Shown: one piece after another, positions 1 through 10,800 of the stretch
Numbering within the stretch: the stretch's first letter is position 1
Layout of the letters: every line of letters starts with the position of its first letter
Assembly (NCBI GenBank): GCA_963726195.1
Contig: CAVSBO010000008.1
Span: 132,879 to 196,878, forward strand
Direction of reading: 5' to 3'
From: Candidatus Thorarchaeota archaeon
GTDB lineage: Archaea > Asgardarchaeota > Thorarchaeia > Thorarchaeales > Thorarchaeaceae
DNA length: 64,000 bases
The notes under the pieces: generated by a model
The model's database searches: none
Told to the model about the DNA's origin: nothing
The model's input: the letters and a program-made list of their open reading frames with translations, nothing else
Made by a program: the position numbers and the translations under genes

Positions 1-2
1 AA

Positions 3-395
3 ACTTTCTGTACCATGCTGACTGGTACCGGAATGCCCGCAGAACGGACAAAGGCGCTTGTTGACCAATATGAGTCAGGCGCGAAGGGATCGTACTTTAG
101 GAAAATCGTAGTGGTCCGGAAGGAAAACAAAACAGTAGCAGCCTCGGCTTTGACAGTCCCCGACAATGAACCTGAAGTGGCACGTGTCATGAGAATCATG
201 ACGCTCCCGGGCGTCGACCTGTCTGATGTCGGCGGGAGAATCATCAGGAAGCTGATTGAATCCGCTGCGAAGGACGGTCTGAAACGATTCCGCATTTCAT
301 TGATTCCTGACGATGTCAAAGCGTACGATGGGATACTGTCCCACTTGAGAGTGGAGGCTGTGCCCTTCATACATTCTTACAGAAAGCGGCTCTAG
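3..395 (+). CDS. GNAT-fold acetyltransferase-like protein, C-terminal part (probably begins before the window)
   Basis: Frame is open from the window start; VGGRIIRKLIESAAKDGLKRFRI resembles a GNAT motif A region. Confidence 0.5.
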   Translation, partial: TFCTMLTGTGMPAERTKALVDQYESGAKGSYFRKIVVVRKENKTVAASALTVPDNEPEVARVMRIMTLPGVDLSDVGGRIIRKLIESAAKDGLKRFRISLIPDDVKAYDGILSHLRVEAVPFIHSYRKRL

Positions 396-429
396 GTACG
401 GAGCAGGCGTGATTGGACAAAGTGACAAG

Positions 430-693
430 TCAGACTTGGACGGCTGTCCCCTCTTTCGTCCAGTCAAGCTGCCATTGGATGGCCATCCTCTTTGTCATCC
501 TATTGCACTGCCAATAAAACGCATAACAAATCGCAATGAAGCAAACTGCCAAGAAGAGAAACAACACAGTCTTGCAGGTCAACGGCCAGAGAGTGATGAC
601 CAATACCGCAATTGAGAGTGCCAAGAATAGTACAGCGACTTCCAGCCGATTGACCCGTTTGGCAAGATTCTCGATGCTGTCCTCCTTGGCCAC
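430..693 (-). CDS. Small two-TM membrane hypothetical protein
   Basis: 87 aa, two hydrophobic helices, GGAGG-like RBS upstream of GTG. Confidence 0.55.
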   Translation of the reverse strand: MAKEDSIENLAKRVNRLEVAVLFLALSIAVLVITLWPLTCKTVLFLFLAVCFIAICYAFYWQCNRMTKRMAIQWQLDWTKEGTAVQV

Positions 694-838
694 ATGAAAT
701 CCTCCCGCTCACGCATGTGTCAATAGTGGACCCCACAAGGTGTGCAGGTATTTGAACGTTTTCGCCAGAGGAGAGGATGAGATCAGTGGTCAGGCCAATC
801 AGAAACAAGTGCGGAGCTAACTGTTAAGTGAGAGTCGA

Positions 839-1636
839 ATGAAAGCCTCACCCATGAATGAGACCCTGAAGGTAATCGATGATCGAAAATCCTTGAGAGG
901 GTATGACCCCCGACCCATCAGTAAGGAGCACAAGGACTGGATTATCCACAGCGCTATCCGTGCACCCACTGCGGGTGACATGATGCACTATTCGATTATC
1001 GAGGTGGCAGACCAAGAGAAGAAGAACCAGTTAGTCAAGACATGCGACAACCAGCCCTTCATCGCAAAGGCCCCTCTTGTACTGCTGTTTCTTGCGGACT
1101 TGCAGAGATGGTATGACTTCTTCGAGTGGTCACGCGTACCAGAGATGTGCGAAGCTCGCCATATCGAATACTCGACCCCTCAGGAATCTGACTTATTACT
1201 TGCCTGTTGTGATGCATTGATCGCTGCAGAGAATGCTGTGATTGCAGCCGAGTCGTTAGGGATAGGCTCATGCTACATTGGTGATATAATGGAAAACATA
1301 GAGATCCATAGACAGATGTTTGATCTGCCGAGGTGGGTCTTCCCGATTGCGCTCCTCTGTTTCGGTTATCCGACGAAACATGAGACCAGCCGCAAGAAGA
1401 CGCCTCGTTTCCCTGAGAGCTTTGTTTACTTCAAGGACAAATACTCCCGCGTGGATTGCCGGCCGTTCGACAATATGCTGTTGGAGCACTTTGGAAAGTC
1501 GGACAGCTCCTATGGAGATGCTCAGAACACAGGACAGGGTGTGTACCTGCGAAAGACAGGCTCGACGTTTGCTGCAGAAATGCGCCGTTCTGTCAAGGTC
1601 GCGTTGAAGGATTGGACTGAAAAGCCGTTCCATTGA
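839..1636 (+). CDS. Nitroreductase / flavin reductase (NfsA-FRP-like)
   Basis: RKSLRGY, RAPTAGDMMHYSII, AAESLGIGSCYIG, LLCFGYP motifs. Confidence 0.9.
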   Translation: MKASPMNETLKVIDDRKSLRGYDPRPISKEHKDWIIHSAIRAPTAGDMMHYSIIEVADQEKKNQLVKTCDNQPFIAKAPLVLLFLADLQRWYDFFEWSRVPEMCEARHIEYSTPQESDLLLACCDALIAAENAVIAAESLGIGSCYIGDIMENIEIHRQMFDLPRWVFPIALLCFGYPTKHETSRKKTPRFPESFVYFKDKYSRVDCRPFDNMLLEHFGKSDSSYGDAQNTGQGVYLRKTGSTFAAEMRRSVKVALKDWTEKPFH

Positions 1637-1756
1637 TGGTCCACAGGCTGAGCATTCGGTAACTAAAAATGGCACGCATCATACGGACCAACGCCGTTGG
1701 ACTTCAAGAATCCACTATGCTTGAAGCGCCTAGGCAGTTCAGGAAACTCGAACCCC

Positions 1757-3544
1757 ATGAAAGGAATGCACAACAAGCTGCTGTCAATTGACCTATCAAC
1801 TGAATCATCTGAGGAAACCAACATAGATGACAGCATACTTGCCGACTATCTTGGAGGTCGAGGACTCGGAGTCCAGTTGTTCACATCCGTCGTAGATGCT
1901 AAGACTGATCCGCTATCCGCTGACAACCGTCTCGTTTTCGCAACCGGCCCTCTGACCGGGTCGATTGTCCCTACAAGTGGCCGCTTCTCGCTTGTCACGA
2001 AATCTCCACTGACTGGGCTGATTCTTTACTCTAACACAGGAGGCAATGTCGGGCCTGCTCTGAAGAGCACGGGCTATGATGGTCTAGTCATAACCGGACG
2101 ACTCGCAGAACCCAGCTACCTGCTGATCTCAGAGACCGGAGAATCGCTGTTTGTGCCTTGTGAGGACCTTTGGGGTCTCGATACTCAGGAAACTCAGAGC
2201 AGACTCGTATCGGCAATCAGTGGCCGGTTCCATACATTAATGGTTGGTCCGGCTGGAGAGAACGGGGTTCTGTTCGCTTCCATTATGAATGACGGCAATC
2301 ATCGCGCCTTTGGTCGGGGTGGGTCAGGAGCTGTCATGGGCGCCAAGAACCTGAAGGCCATCGTAATCAAAATGGGCAAGGCAAGACCCGAGATCGACAA
2401 ACCGGAATTGCTCTCGACTTACGTGAAGTCCGCCCGAGACAAGATGAAGGTCGCTCCAATCACGAACTCATCTCTCCCCACGTTCGGAACGGCGGGTCTG
2501 GTGAATATAATCAATGAACTCGGCATGCTAGGAATCCGGAACTTCCAAGTTGGGTATTCAGAAGAAGCAGAGAAACTCAGCGGTGAAGCAATTCGAGATG
2601 AGATATTCCAGAAAGAGGAAGGATGCCATGCCTGTCCAATTCGTTGTGGCAGGATGACGAAGACAAGAACAATGAACGGCAAAGGTCCCGAGTTCGAATC
2701 CACCTTGCTTGGGATGCTCACATGCATATTCGATCTTGAAACGGTTGCTGAGGCGAACTACTACTGCAACCTCCTCGGTCTGGACACAATCTCGACCGCT
2801 GGAACCATCAGCTGCGCGATGGAGCTACAAGAAAAGGGTGCTCTTGCCGATGACAGGATTCAGTTCGGAAACAAGGAACTTCTGATTCCTTTGGTGCAGG
2901 ACATCGCATACAAACGTGGAATCGGAGAGGAACTGGCTTCCGGGTCTGCCCGGCTAGCAGCAAAACATGGTATGCCCGATGTGGCGATGCATGTCAAGTC
3001 GATGGAACTTCCCGCTTACGATCCCCGCGGAGCTCTTGGTCATGCGTTAGGATATGCTACGTCGAACAGAGGTGGGTGTCACTTAACAGGGTACTTGGCC
3101 GCAATGGAAGTGTTCGCGGCGCCGAAGAAAATTCCACGAGCCAGCGCGGGCAGTAAGGCCGACTTGTTAGTACTGAAGCAACATCAGAGTGCTGTCGAAG
3201 ACAGTCTCGTTGTCTGCAAATTCGCGGGCTTTGCCCTTGGGTTTGATTTCTATTCTAGGTTCGTAACTGCTGCAACTGGCGAAGACTTCAACATCACTCG
3301 CCTGATGAGAATAGGCGAACGAATCTACAATCTCGAGAGGCTATTCAACGTGAAGGCGGGGCTCACAAGGAAGGACGATACCCTACCAAAGCGATTTTTG
3401 ACAGAGCCCCTCAGCGAAGGGCTATCGAAGGAAAGAACTGTGCCGCTGGAATCAATGCTTGAAGACTACTACAGACTCAGGGGTTGGGGCAAAACAGGTA
3501 TTCCTTCAAAATCAAAGCTGGACGAGCTCGGAATCACATCGTAG
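1757..3544 (+). CDS. aor: Aldehyde:ferredoxin oxidoreductase (tungsten AOR family)
   Basis: YLGGRGLG, KSPLTG, GRGGSGAVMGAKNLKAI, CHACPIRC, ELPAYDPRG, YYRLRGW motifs; likely start MKGMHNKLL. Confidence 0.93.
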   Translation: MKGMHNKLLSIDLSTESSEETNIDDSILADYLGGRGLGVQLFTSVVDAKTDPLSADNRLVFATGPLTGSIVPTSGRFSLVTKSPLTGLILYSNTGGNVGPALKSTGYDGLVITGRLAEPSYLLISETGESLFVPCEDLWGLDTQETQSRLVSAISGRFHTLMVGPAGENGVLFASIMNDGNHRAFGRGGSGAVMGAKNLKAIVIKMGKARPEIDKPELLSTYVKSARDKMKVAPITNSSLPTFGTAGLVNIINELGMLGIRNFQVGYSEEAEKLSGEAIRDEIFQKEEGCHACPIRCGRMTKTRTMNGKGPEFESTLLGMLTCIFDLETVAEANYYCNLLGLDTISTAGTISCAMELQEKGALADDRIQFGNKELLIPLVQDIAYKRGIGEELASGSARLAAKHGMPDVAMHVKSMELPAYDPRGALGHALGYATSNRGGCHLTGYLAAMEVFAAPKKIPRASAGSKADLLVLKQHQSAVEDSLVVCKFAGFALGFDFYSRFVTAATGEDFNITRLMRIGERIYNLERLFNVKAGLTRKDDTLPKRFLTEPLSEGLSKERTVPLESMLEDYYRLRGWGKTGIPSKSKLDELGITS

Positions 3545-3556
3545 GAGTGGAATGAA

Positions 3557-4172
3557 ATGACGATAGACGAAGAGACCTTTCATATCTTCCAGAAGGTGGG
3601 AAAGGAAATCCTCATTCGAAATCTGGGATCGAGTCATTCAGGGAACATCTCAATCCGGTCTGGCGGTAAGATCATCATAAAGAAGCGAGCGGCCATGCTC
3701 GGATGGCTCGAACCCGAAGACCTGATTGAGTGTGGCCTGGAGAAAGATGACTCGTCATCACTGCTTGCAAGCACGGAGCTAGGTGTTCACCGTGCCATCT
3801 ACCTACAGACCGACGCAATGGCCGTTGTCCACACACACTCTCCCTACAGTGTGGTCCTCAGTATGATTGAGGACGAAATCACCTGCATCGATGCAGAAGG
3901 AGTATTCCTGTACAAGAAGGTACCAGTCGTGGAACTCAATGTTCCTTCAGGATCTTCTGAAGCGGGCAGAGAAGGTGCCTCCTTTGTTGAAGAACTACCC
4001 TGCATGCATCGTCAGGAGTCATGGCATATTTGCGAAGGGAATCACACTGGAAGATGCTCTTCAGAATGCAACCGGGGTCGAATTCTCGGCACAGGTTCGA
4101 TATCTTACAATGCTGACGGGCCGGCCCCTGAAAAGAGACTACAGCAAGGAGAAAGACTTCGGGAGCTGGTAA
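3557..4172 (+). CDS. Class II aldolase/adducin family protein (fuculose-phosphate aldolase-like), frameshift near 3965
   Basis: SGNISIR, STELGVHRAIY, VVHTHSPY, then IVRSHGIFAKG in the second frame. Confidence 0.85.
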
Positions 4173-4204
4173 CCAAGACGACGGAGAGCCGACAGTGATA
4201 GTAC

Positions 4205-4651
4205 CTAACGCTTGTCTCTCCAGCACGGAAGGTTACTGCGTGCTACCACGAAACGAGCAGGTGGCCTGTTTGTGCAGAAGCAGTACCATACTGTGTTCAG
4301 AACTCGGGTACTAGTGGCAAAATAGCACTTGCGACAGTTCTTGATGGGCTCAATACGACTCTCTCTGAGGCCTGCCTTCTCTTCTAGTTTCACTAAGCCT
4401 TCTTCAATCTCTTCGTTAAGATAATACAACCCCGGTACCAAGTACTCAGCATCAGAGTCGCATCTTGGCTCTGGATCACTTCTGTGAGCCTCAATCTTGA
4501 GCCTGAGGTTCCTCTTTGTTATCTGGTCAAGATACTCTTGGTCTTCCTCCGTCCACCTGTAGATTGGATTGGGAGGAGGCGGCTCTTCTGGTTCTTTGAA
4601 ACGCTTGATGTATCTGTCCAAGAGACGCATCTCTTTGCGCGGAACTCTCAC
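4205..4651 (-). CDS. Hypothetical protein with C-terminal Cys cluster (CxxC...CxC...C)
   Basis: 148-aa ORF, NCRKCYF...WYCFCTN...LPCW. Confidence 0.55.
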   Translation of the reverse strand: MRVPRKEMRLLDRYIKRFKEPEEPPPPNPIYRWTEEDQEYLDQITKRNLRLKIEAHRSDPEPRCDSDAEYLVPGLYYLNEEIEEGLVKLEEKAGLRESRIEPIKNCRKCYFATSTRVLNTVWYCFCTNRPPARFVVARSNLPCWRDKR

Positions 4652-4981
4652 AATTACCCCTGCCTATCTTTCAACAATCGCTCTTTATTGGGACGGACAG
4701 TCGTTGGACTCGCACTCTCATAGACTGATGTCCTTCAGATTGGAGACTGCCCCAACCTCACAGTCGTCCCGTGAGACCATCCTTCCTTCCTAGTTATGGG
4801 TTTTTCGCTTGAGTGTTCAAGCCTGCAGTCTGCTTACTAGATGACCCGACTATTCGAATCATTGTGCGACCAAGCTGTCAACACTGCCACATGAACTTCG
4901 CACGGTCCCCGCAAGTAAGGTGATGGAGGTCGCTTTATATCAATAAGGTTGGCCCAAACCGGCTAGGGGCAAGCAGTACTG

Positions 4982-5923
4982 ATGACGAGACCTGTGACAT
5001 ACTACCTGCTACTAACAATGACCATGGCCATTTGGGGCGGAGGATGGGTAGCCAAGAAAATCATGGTCTCGATTGTGACCCCATTCATGGCAGGTTTCTT
5101 GCGATTTGGTATTGGAGGCCTGCTTCTTTCCATGCTCTTACTAGACAAACATGAGCTTCCCAAGAGACCGATCAATCGGTCGTTCGTCGGATTGGTTCTC
5201 GCGATTGGAGTGCTTGGCATCTTCGTCTATGCAACGTTTGAATTCGTCGGGGTAGGTTTGTCCACAGCGGCTCAAGGCTCCATCATAGACGGTTTGTGCC
5301 CGACAAGTATCACCATATTCGCCTTCTTGATTCACAGAGAGACCTTCGGCAACAAATGGCGATATCTGGGAATTCCATTGAGCTTCCTAGGGGTTGTGTT
5401 CGTGGTTGGAGTCCAAGCCCTCATCAAGTTCAGCCCTGAGTACTTCCTAGGCGATATGGTTCTCATAGCCGGGGCATTTCTATGGGGCTTCTATTCTTCT
5501 CTCGTGAAACAGGGACTGAAGTATACGACTCCGTTGAAGCTTACGACTGGAGCGGTTCTCGTGGGTGCCACGCTTTTCGGGCTGTCGTCTTTCCTCGAAG
5601 AGTCGCTGAACATGTTGATGTCAGTTCCTGCAATCGTATGGTTCTGTGCCTTGTATCTCGGAGCAGGATCAACCTTCGTGGGATTCGTAATCTATTACTG
5701 GGGAATTAAGAATCTGGGCGCAACAAGGACTGGTATCTTCCTGAACCTCGTTCCGGTCTTTGGGACTGTGTTTTCGGTACTGGTCTTGGGCGAAGACATA
5801 TACTGGACATTTCTGCTCGGGCTCCTCCTTGTAGTGGTTGGGGTCATTATGATTAACTTCCCCGAGAGGAAAGCCGAACCTGCTGGCGGCGTCTGGCCTA
5901 TTGAGAACCTGTCTCAAGGATGA
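4982..5923 (+). CDS. DMT/EamA family transporter
   Basis: IWGGGWVAKK, about 10 TM helices, FLNLVPVFGTVFSVLVLGE. Confidence 0.92.
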   Translation: MTRPVTYYLLLTMTMAIWGGGWVAKKIMVSIVTPFMAGFLRFGIGGLLLSMLLLDKHELPKRPINRSFVGLVLAIGVLGIFVYATFEFVGVGLSTAAQGSIIDGLCPTSITIFAFLIHRETFGNKWRYLGIPLSFLGVVFVVGVQALIKFSPEYFLGDMVLIAGAFLWGFYSSLVKQGLKYTTPLKLTTGAVLVGATLFGLSSFLEESLNMLMSVPAIVWFCALYLGAGSTFVGFVIYYWGIKNLGATRTGIFLNLVPVFGTVFSVLVLGEDIYWTFLLGLLLVVVGVIMINFPERKAEPAGGVWPIENLSQG

Positions 5924-6003
5924 CGGCTCTTGATTGTGTTGCTGAACGCCCGCGCTGGCTCAGATGATCGCTGCGTGAGTAGGCACATTCATTTCTCAGC
6001 TGG

Positions 6004-6960
6004 ATGTTTTTGGCGTCGGCGTTGTTTGGCATGAATCCCACTGGCGACCAGCTTTTTAGACCACTGAGAGAGCGCGGCTACAGACTGAGGATGGTATCTG
6101 CGGAGCACATCTCCTCGTTGAAACAGGAAATTGAGGCGCGCAGCAAACAGGGTGAACTGGATCAAGAGTTCTACACCCAGCGTCTTGCTTGGTTCAAATT
6201 CGAGTTGCCCGAGCAGCTGAAAGACGCGCAGTCAATCATTGTCGTTGCAGTTCCTCGACCACAGACCCAAGCAACTTTCACTTGGAAGGGACGAAGGAGA
6301 TCACTCGTACTTCCACCTACATATACAGCCTATGACAAGATCACTCAGCAGATTGAAGCTCTATTGGGCGAACTCCTTGGAAAGAAGGGTTATCGAATAG
6401 TTAGGACCGGTCTGCCGCTGAAGCTCTTGGCAGCGCGTAGCGGTCTGGTCCAATATGGCCGGAACAACATTACCTACGTGCATAAGATGGGAAGCTTCCT
6501 TCAGCTTGTTGCAGTCTACTCCGACATGCCCTGTGTTCAGGACTCATGGCAAGAGCCTGAAATGATGGCTGCCTGCGAATCATGCGAGCTGTGTCGCAAA
6601 GCATGTCCGACGGGTGCCATTCCGTCTGACAGGTTTCTCTTGCATGCAGAACGTTGTATCGTCTTTCACAACGAGCGGCCGGGCAATATACCATTTCCAA
6701 CTTGGATGAATCCATCATGGCACAACTGCATCGAGGGCTGCCTGCACTGCCAAAGAGCTTGCCCGCTCGACCGGAAATTCATGAAGTGGATTGAGGATGA
6801 AGAGGAATTCTCAGAGGAAGAGACAACCATGATCCTGAACGGAGTCGACCGTGAGGAACTGCCAGACGAGACAGTGAAAAAACTGGAGCATCTTTCGATT
6901 CTTGAGGACCTTAACTTACTGCCGCGTAACTTGGGCGTCTTCTTCTGGGAGCACACTTAG
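6004..6960 (+). CDS. Epoxyqueuosine reductase (QueG)-like 4Fe-4S double-cluster protein
   Basis: KLLAARSGL..YGRNN, CESCELCRKACPTGAI, EGCLHCQRACP. Confidence 0.85.
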   Translation: MFLASALFGMNPTGDQLFRPLRERGYRLRMVSAEHISSLKQEIEARSKQGELDQEFYTQRLAWFKFELPEQLKDAQSIIVVAVPRPQTQATFTWKGRRRSLVLPPTYTAYDKITQQIEALLGELLGKKGYRIVRTGLPLKLLAARSGLVQYGRNNITYVHKMGSFLQLVAVYSDMPCVQDSWQEPEMMAACESCELCRKACPTGAIPSDRFLLHAERCIVFHNERPGNIPFPTWMNPSWHNCIEGCLHCQRACPLDRKFMKWIEDEEEFSEEETTMILNGVDREELPDETVKKLEHLSILEDLNLLPRNLGVFFWEHT

Positions 6961-7207
6961 GCGGGTTTTCAATGATGCGCAACGCTTGAACAAGAAGGAA
7001 CTATTCGGAGATTCAAAGTTGGGCGAAATAACGCGGTGCATCTGATGTACTGAATCATCTTGTTTCTGATGGTTCACACATCTCTCTATCTAGTGAGATA
7101 CCTCAGGGACGAGAAGATTAAACTGCGCTCTAAGTGGCCCGGCCAGACCAGTGTGGCAAGATTCATCAGGGCAGCGTGTTCATACGACAACATCGACGGT
7201 GGTTCTC

Positions 7208-7432
7208 TTGACATGCTACTTCAGGATCATGAAAGGTCTCTTTGACGAGATTGGAGTGGAAATCACGCCCCAGAATAAGCATGAAATCGATTTGCGGATA
7301 CACAAGCTTGTAGGCGTGGACTACAAGGACTGCCCCTCCACTGGGAGAGAAGTGAAGAGGCGAATGACAGAGGACAGGGCGGCCTTTGCCGCGAGTCTTC
7401 GGGCGGCCTTGTCTGGTCTGACTCGCGGATGA
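7208..7432 (+). CDS. Small hypothetical protein (MTCYFR...CP type)
   Basis: TTG start in frame with ORF 7151..7432; TCYFRIMKGLFDEIGVEIT...YKDCPST. Confidence 0.6.
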   Translation: MTCYFRIMKGLFDEIGVEITPQNKHEIDLRIHKLVGVDYKDCPSTGREVKRRMTEDRAAFAASLRAALSGLTRG

Positions 7433-7526
7433 ATTCACTAGATAATAGCAGAATGGTGCGGGAGGACGATTCGACTATACGATACGTCCACTGTGCTTTT
7501 TTATTCTTAGAAGTTGATTGTTTACT

Positions 7527-8869
7527 ATGCACGCTTGCAGATATAGCGTAGCTTCAGTCCTGCTTCTCGCTGTACTGTTAGTGCCGATTAATGCTGCAAC
7601 ATCCGTCGCGGCGTATACGACCGGACAAGAGGCGGGCAGTCTTTGGCCACACATTCAGCGAGGACTACTGGACGAATAGCTCGATTCCAATCAAGACGGC
7701 AGATGCGAACGCCACTCTCACTACATCCTTCGTGCATGTAGGAGAGTTTCAGGCGTTTCTCATAGCCTTCAATGAAATCAACGTAACCGGCGGCCAGACA
7801 ATCGTATTGCCGTATCAGCTCTTCGGGATGCATTACAAGACTCCTGAGAACAAGGAAGTTTTCATCGGTGCCGTATTCGCATTCCTGCTTGTTCACAACG
7901 AGACTTACGGCTCAAACAATCTCCCTGATATCGGTCACGAAGCCGCCTGGTACATCGTTCCCATAACCTCGAACAGTCCGTGGAACGTGACAGCAAAGGT
8001 CGAACCCATCCCGGCAACCCTCGTCGAACCTAACCACTATCGCTTCGGCATGCGCTACATCAACATGACCGCAAGAGTGGTGAGTGCGACTGGCGGCTTT
8101 TGGGCGTCGCTTCTTCTTCCAATCGTGACTGTGCTGTTCAGCGAGATTACCATCCAGTATGACATCACAATTTCGTCAAATGGTACTGTGAAGGCACAGA
8201 CTCTGTATACCCTTGGACAGGTAACTCATGCTCGTATCTTGGGCTTTGAGGTACCCCCTTCAAGCATAATTCAACCCACAATGGAGATCAGCGCTGTTCA
8301 CTACCTTGCAGTCTTCACCAGCAAGTACAACGTTACAAGAAGCACTGACGGCACCAAGTTGGTTCCGCCCACTGCGACGACTCCATTGACTGGAAACATC
8401 TCAATCAGGGTGGGTAATGACAGTGAACGTGCCTTTCACATAGGTCTTGGAGAGACCTACGCACTCTACAACGAGAACCACAAACCCATGGACTCTAGTG
8501 GGCGCAAACTATCAGGCTCTCAACTGTCTTCTTGGAGCAAGGGGAAGCGACTTCCTCCTGATTGCATGGCAGGCTCCTCTCTCAGCATTTCTGTTCGCAC
8601 ACATGGCATATGGTCTCTCCACTCAGCTGAGGGCGACCTACTCTAGCGTTCAAGACATGGCCAACCATGTCGGGACTGCCTTCCACAACGGTCAGTGGTG
8701 GTACGCTGTCACATTCCCCACATGGCATGGACTGCGCGTACAACAGGATCCAACCTATGTTGCATACACCAACCTTGGAAACAGCCAGACTGGCGGTTCA
8801 GGGATTATTGTCGTGGCAGTCATTGTGATTGCTGTTGTTGCCTTGGTTGTGTTTGCGAGAAGACGCTGA
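7527..8869 (+). CDS. Secreted/surface protein with signal peptide and C-terminal TM anchor (two frameshifts)
   Basis: Signal peptide MHACRYSVASVLLLAVLLVP from 7527, joined to ORFs 7591..8646 and 8447..8869; ends IIVVAVIVIAVVALVVFARRR. Confidence 0.7.
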
Positions 8870-8888
8870 AGTCTTCCTAGATGACAGC

Positions 8889-8930
8889 AGGAGAGGGCTC
8901 GTGAGGCCTTCTCTCCTCTTTCTTTTTCTT
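8889..8930 (+). terminator. Hairpin plus pyrimidine/T tract between convergent genes
   Basis: AGGAGAG...CTCTCCT stem followed by CTTTCTTTTTCTT. Confidence 0.55.
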
Positions 8931-10800
8931 ATTGTCTGAGACCCGCTGACTTTAGCTTTGAATCCACGCTATGCAGACCTAGAGCGCTGAGTGTCTTAGA
9001 AGTCGGTACACCATTCTCGTCCCAACCCACGGCATGATAGTAGTTTGCTCGTGTTTTCTCGAAAGCCGCTCTGTCCACACTCTTGCCTGCATAGGGCCCC
9101 GAAGGAAGAGGTTCCCAGAATCGAGGTGGATTGTCATCATCTATTCTCGGTCTCCAAGTGACATCAGGGCCACCAAGAAGCAGCATTGTTCTCTGTAGCT
9201 GAAGTATCCTCAAGGCCTTCTTCTTGTACCATTCATCGGATGTCTGTTCCCACCCTGTGATGGCTGTATAGAACCGAAATATCTCATCATTGTCAACGCT
9301 CTTGGCGAAGAAACAATAGACGCCAGAATCGTTTAGAATCGCGGATAGTTCTCCATGGCCTCCCTCTGTGGGGAAGTGAGCTGCGGAGCCATGGTCACCG
9401 CCCTGCACTGAACACGCAAATCCAATGGGGCTCGATATGAAGTCCTTTCCACTCCTGATGCCGTGGCCGCCGATTTCCATGCCTTTCTCCTGAACAGCAT
9501 AGTCCGTGAGGTCCACTCCCTTCATCTTTCCAATCATCTTCGCGGCCCGATAGACTCCCTGGGCCAAGATATCGCCAATTCCCTCTCGCCTGACCACCAA
9601 ATCCAGCAGCCTTTCGAAGGCCTCCACATTCCCCCACTCAAGCTCGATTCCCTGAAGGTCATCCTTTGTGAGGATGCCTCTTTGATAGAGCTCTCCTGCA
9701 AGACCGAGGACTCCTCCGCCTTGAATTCCACACAGACCGACCTCGTTGATCATGGAGGCGAAGTGGATGTTGGTCTCGGGATCGAATATGCCGAGATTGG
9801 TTCCTCCAAAAGATTGCAGTTCGTAGTCCGGATTGTCACAGATGGTTCCCTCGTACTTCCCACTTCTCAATACAGCAAGCTTGAGACAGGTTACAGGACA
9901 ACCGAAATCTCCCCAGTACTTCTTGACCCAGAACTTGTCAAACTCGTCTCCGCTGTATGCCTCATTGTCATGCCATTCCTCTTGCCAATTCCTTATGGGC
10001 TCTGAACTGGTCCCCGAGCCAAAGTAGTATCCACCACCCCCCGTACCGTATCGTCTGAAATCCTCTCTTTCGTAGCCCTTGGCAGACATGCTCTTGTACA
10101 TCTCCGCCATGGACTCCGGGTCGTGTATCTCTGGAAGAGGTCCGAAGCCCTTAGCGACGACAGCCTTGAGATTCTTGGAGCCCATTACACCACCATATCC
10201 ACCATAGCCAGCCGCGTGGGCATACTTGGCCAGCACCACTGCCACCCTCGTCGCATTCTCTCCCGCAGGACCAATGTAGAGTATTGATGGCTCCTTGACC
10301 TCTCCATATCCCGGTCGTTTCTTTTTGATCTCCTCAATGGACCTCTTGTTCAGATAACGCAGTGTCTCTTTGCCTCGTTTGCCCCAGATGGCTGATGCGT
10401 CCTTGATCTCGACTTGGTCTTCAAAGACAGTAATGTAACATGGTTTCTCAGCCCGTCCTGTGATTATGAGCCCGTCAATGCCTGCACATTTGAGGTCGAC
10501 ACCGAACTCGCCCGCGACGGTTGAGCCTACGACACCATTGCATTGAGGCGACTTGCCCGAAACACAAATCTTCGTGCCAGGAAAATACCCTGTAAGAGGA
10601 CCCGTGAGCATCAGCAGGATATTCTCTGGACCGAGCGGGTCCACCTCCTCCCATCTTCTACCCAGTCTGTTCCAAAGAATCCTTGCGGCCAACCCTCGGC
10701 CCCCGACATAGTCCCTTAGCATACGGTCCGGGAAGTTCCTCTCCTTGATTTCACGAGATGAGAGGTCGATGTCTAGGAATTTGCCAGCATATCCCCTCAT
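8929..10800 (-). CDS. Second AOR-family oxidoreductase (divergent subfamily)
   Basis: MRGYAGKFLDIDLS, YVGGRGLA, GGVMGSKNLKAV, GDFGCPVTC, YYHAVGWDENGVPT; ATGA overlap with upstream ferredoxin. Confidence 0.9.
   Translation of the reverse strand: MRGYAGKFLDIDLSSREIKERNFPDRMLRDYVGGRGLAARILWNRLGRRWEEVDPLGPENILLMLTGPLTGYFPGTKICVSGKSPQCNGVVGSTVAGEFGVDLKCAGIDGLIITGRAEKPCYITVFEDQVEIKDASAIWGKRGKETLRYLNKRSIEEIKKKRPGYGEVKEPSILYIGPAGENATRVAVVLAKYAHAAGYGGYGGVMGSKNLKAVVAKGFGPLPEIHDPESMAEMYKSMSAKGYEREDFRRYGTGGGGYYFGSGTSSEPIRNWQEEWHDNEAYSGDEFDKFWVKKYWGDFGCPVTCLKLAVLRSGKYEGTICDNPDYELQSFGGTNLGIFDPETNIHFASMINEVGLCGIQGGGVLGLAGELYQRGILTKDDLQGIELEWGNVEAFERLLDLVVRREGIGDILAQGVYRAAKMIGKMKGVDLTDYAVQEKGMEIGGHGIRSGKDFISSPIGFACSVQGGDHGSAAHFPTEGGHGELSAILNDSGVYCFFAKSVDNDEIFRFYTAITGWEQTSDEWYKKKALRILQLQRTMLLLGGPDVTWRPRIDDDNPPRFWEPLPSGPYAGKSVDRAAFEKTRANYYHAVGWDENGVPTSKTLSALGLHSVDSKLKSAGLRQ

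Noticed and set aside
9463-10005. Long antisense or alternative-frame ORFs (also 14537-15127, 17995-18615, 54836-55321, 63240-63749)
   Set aside because: Shadow ORFs overlapping well-supported genes, with no protein motifs
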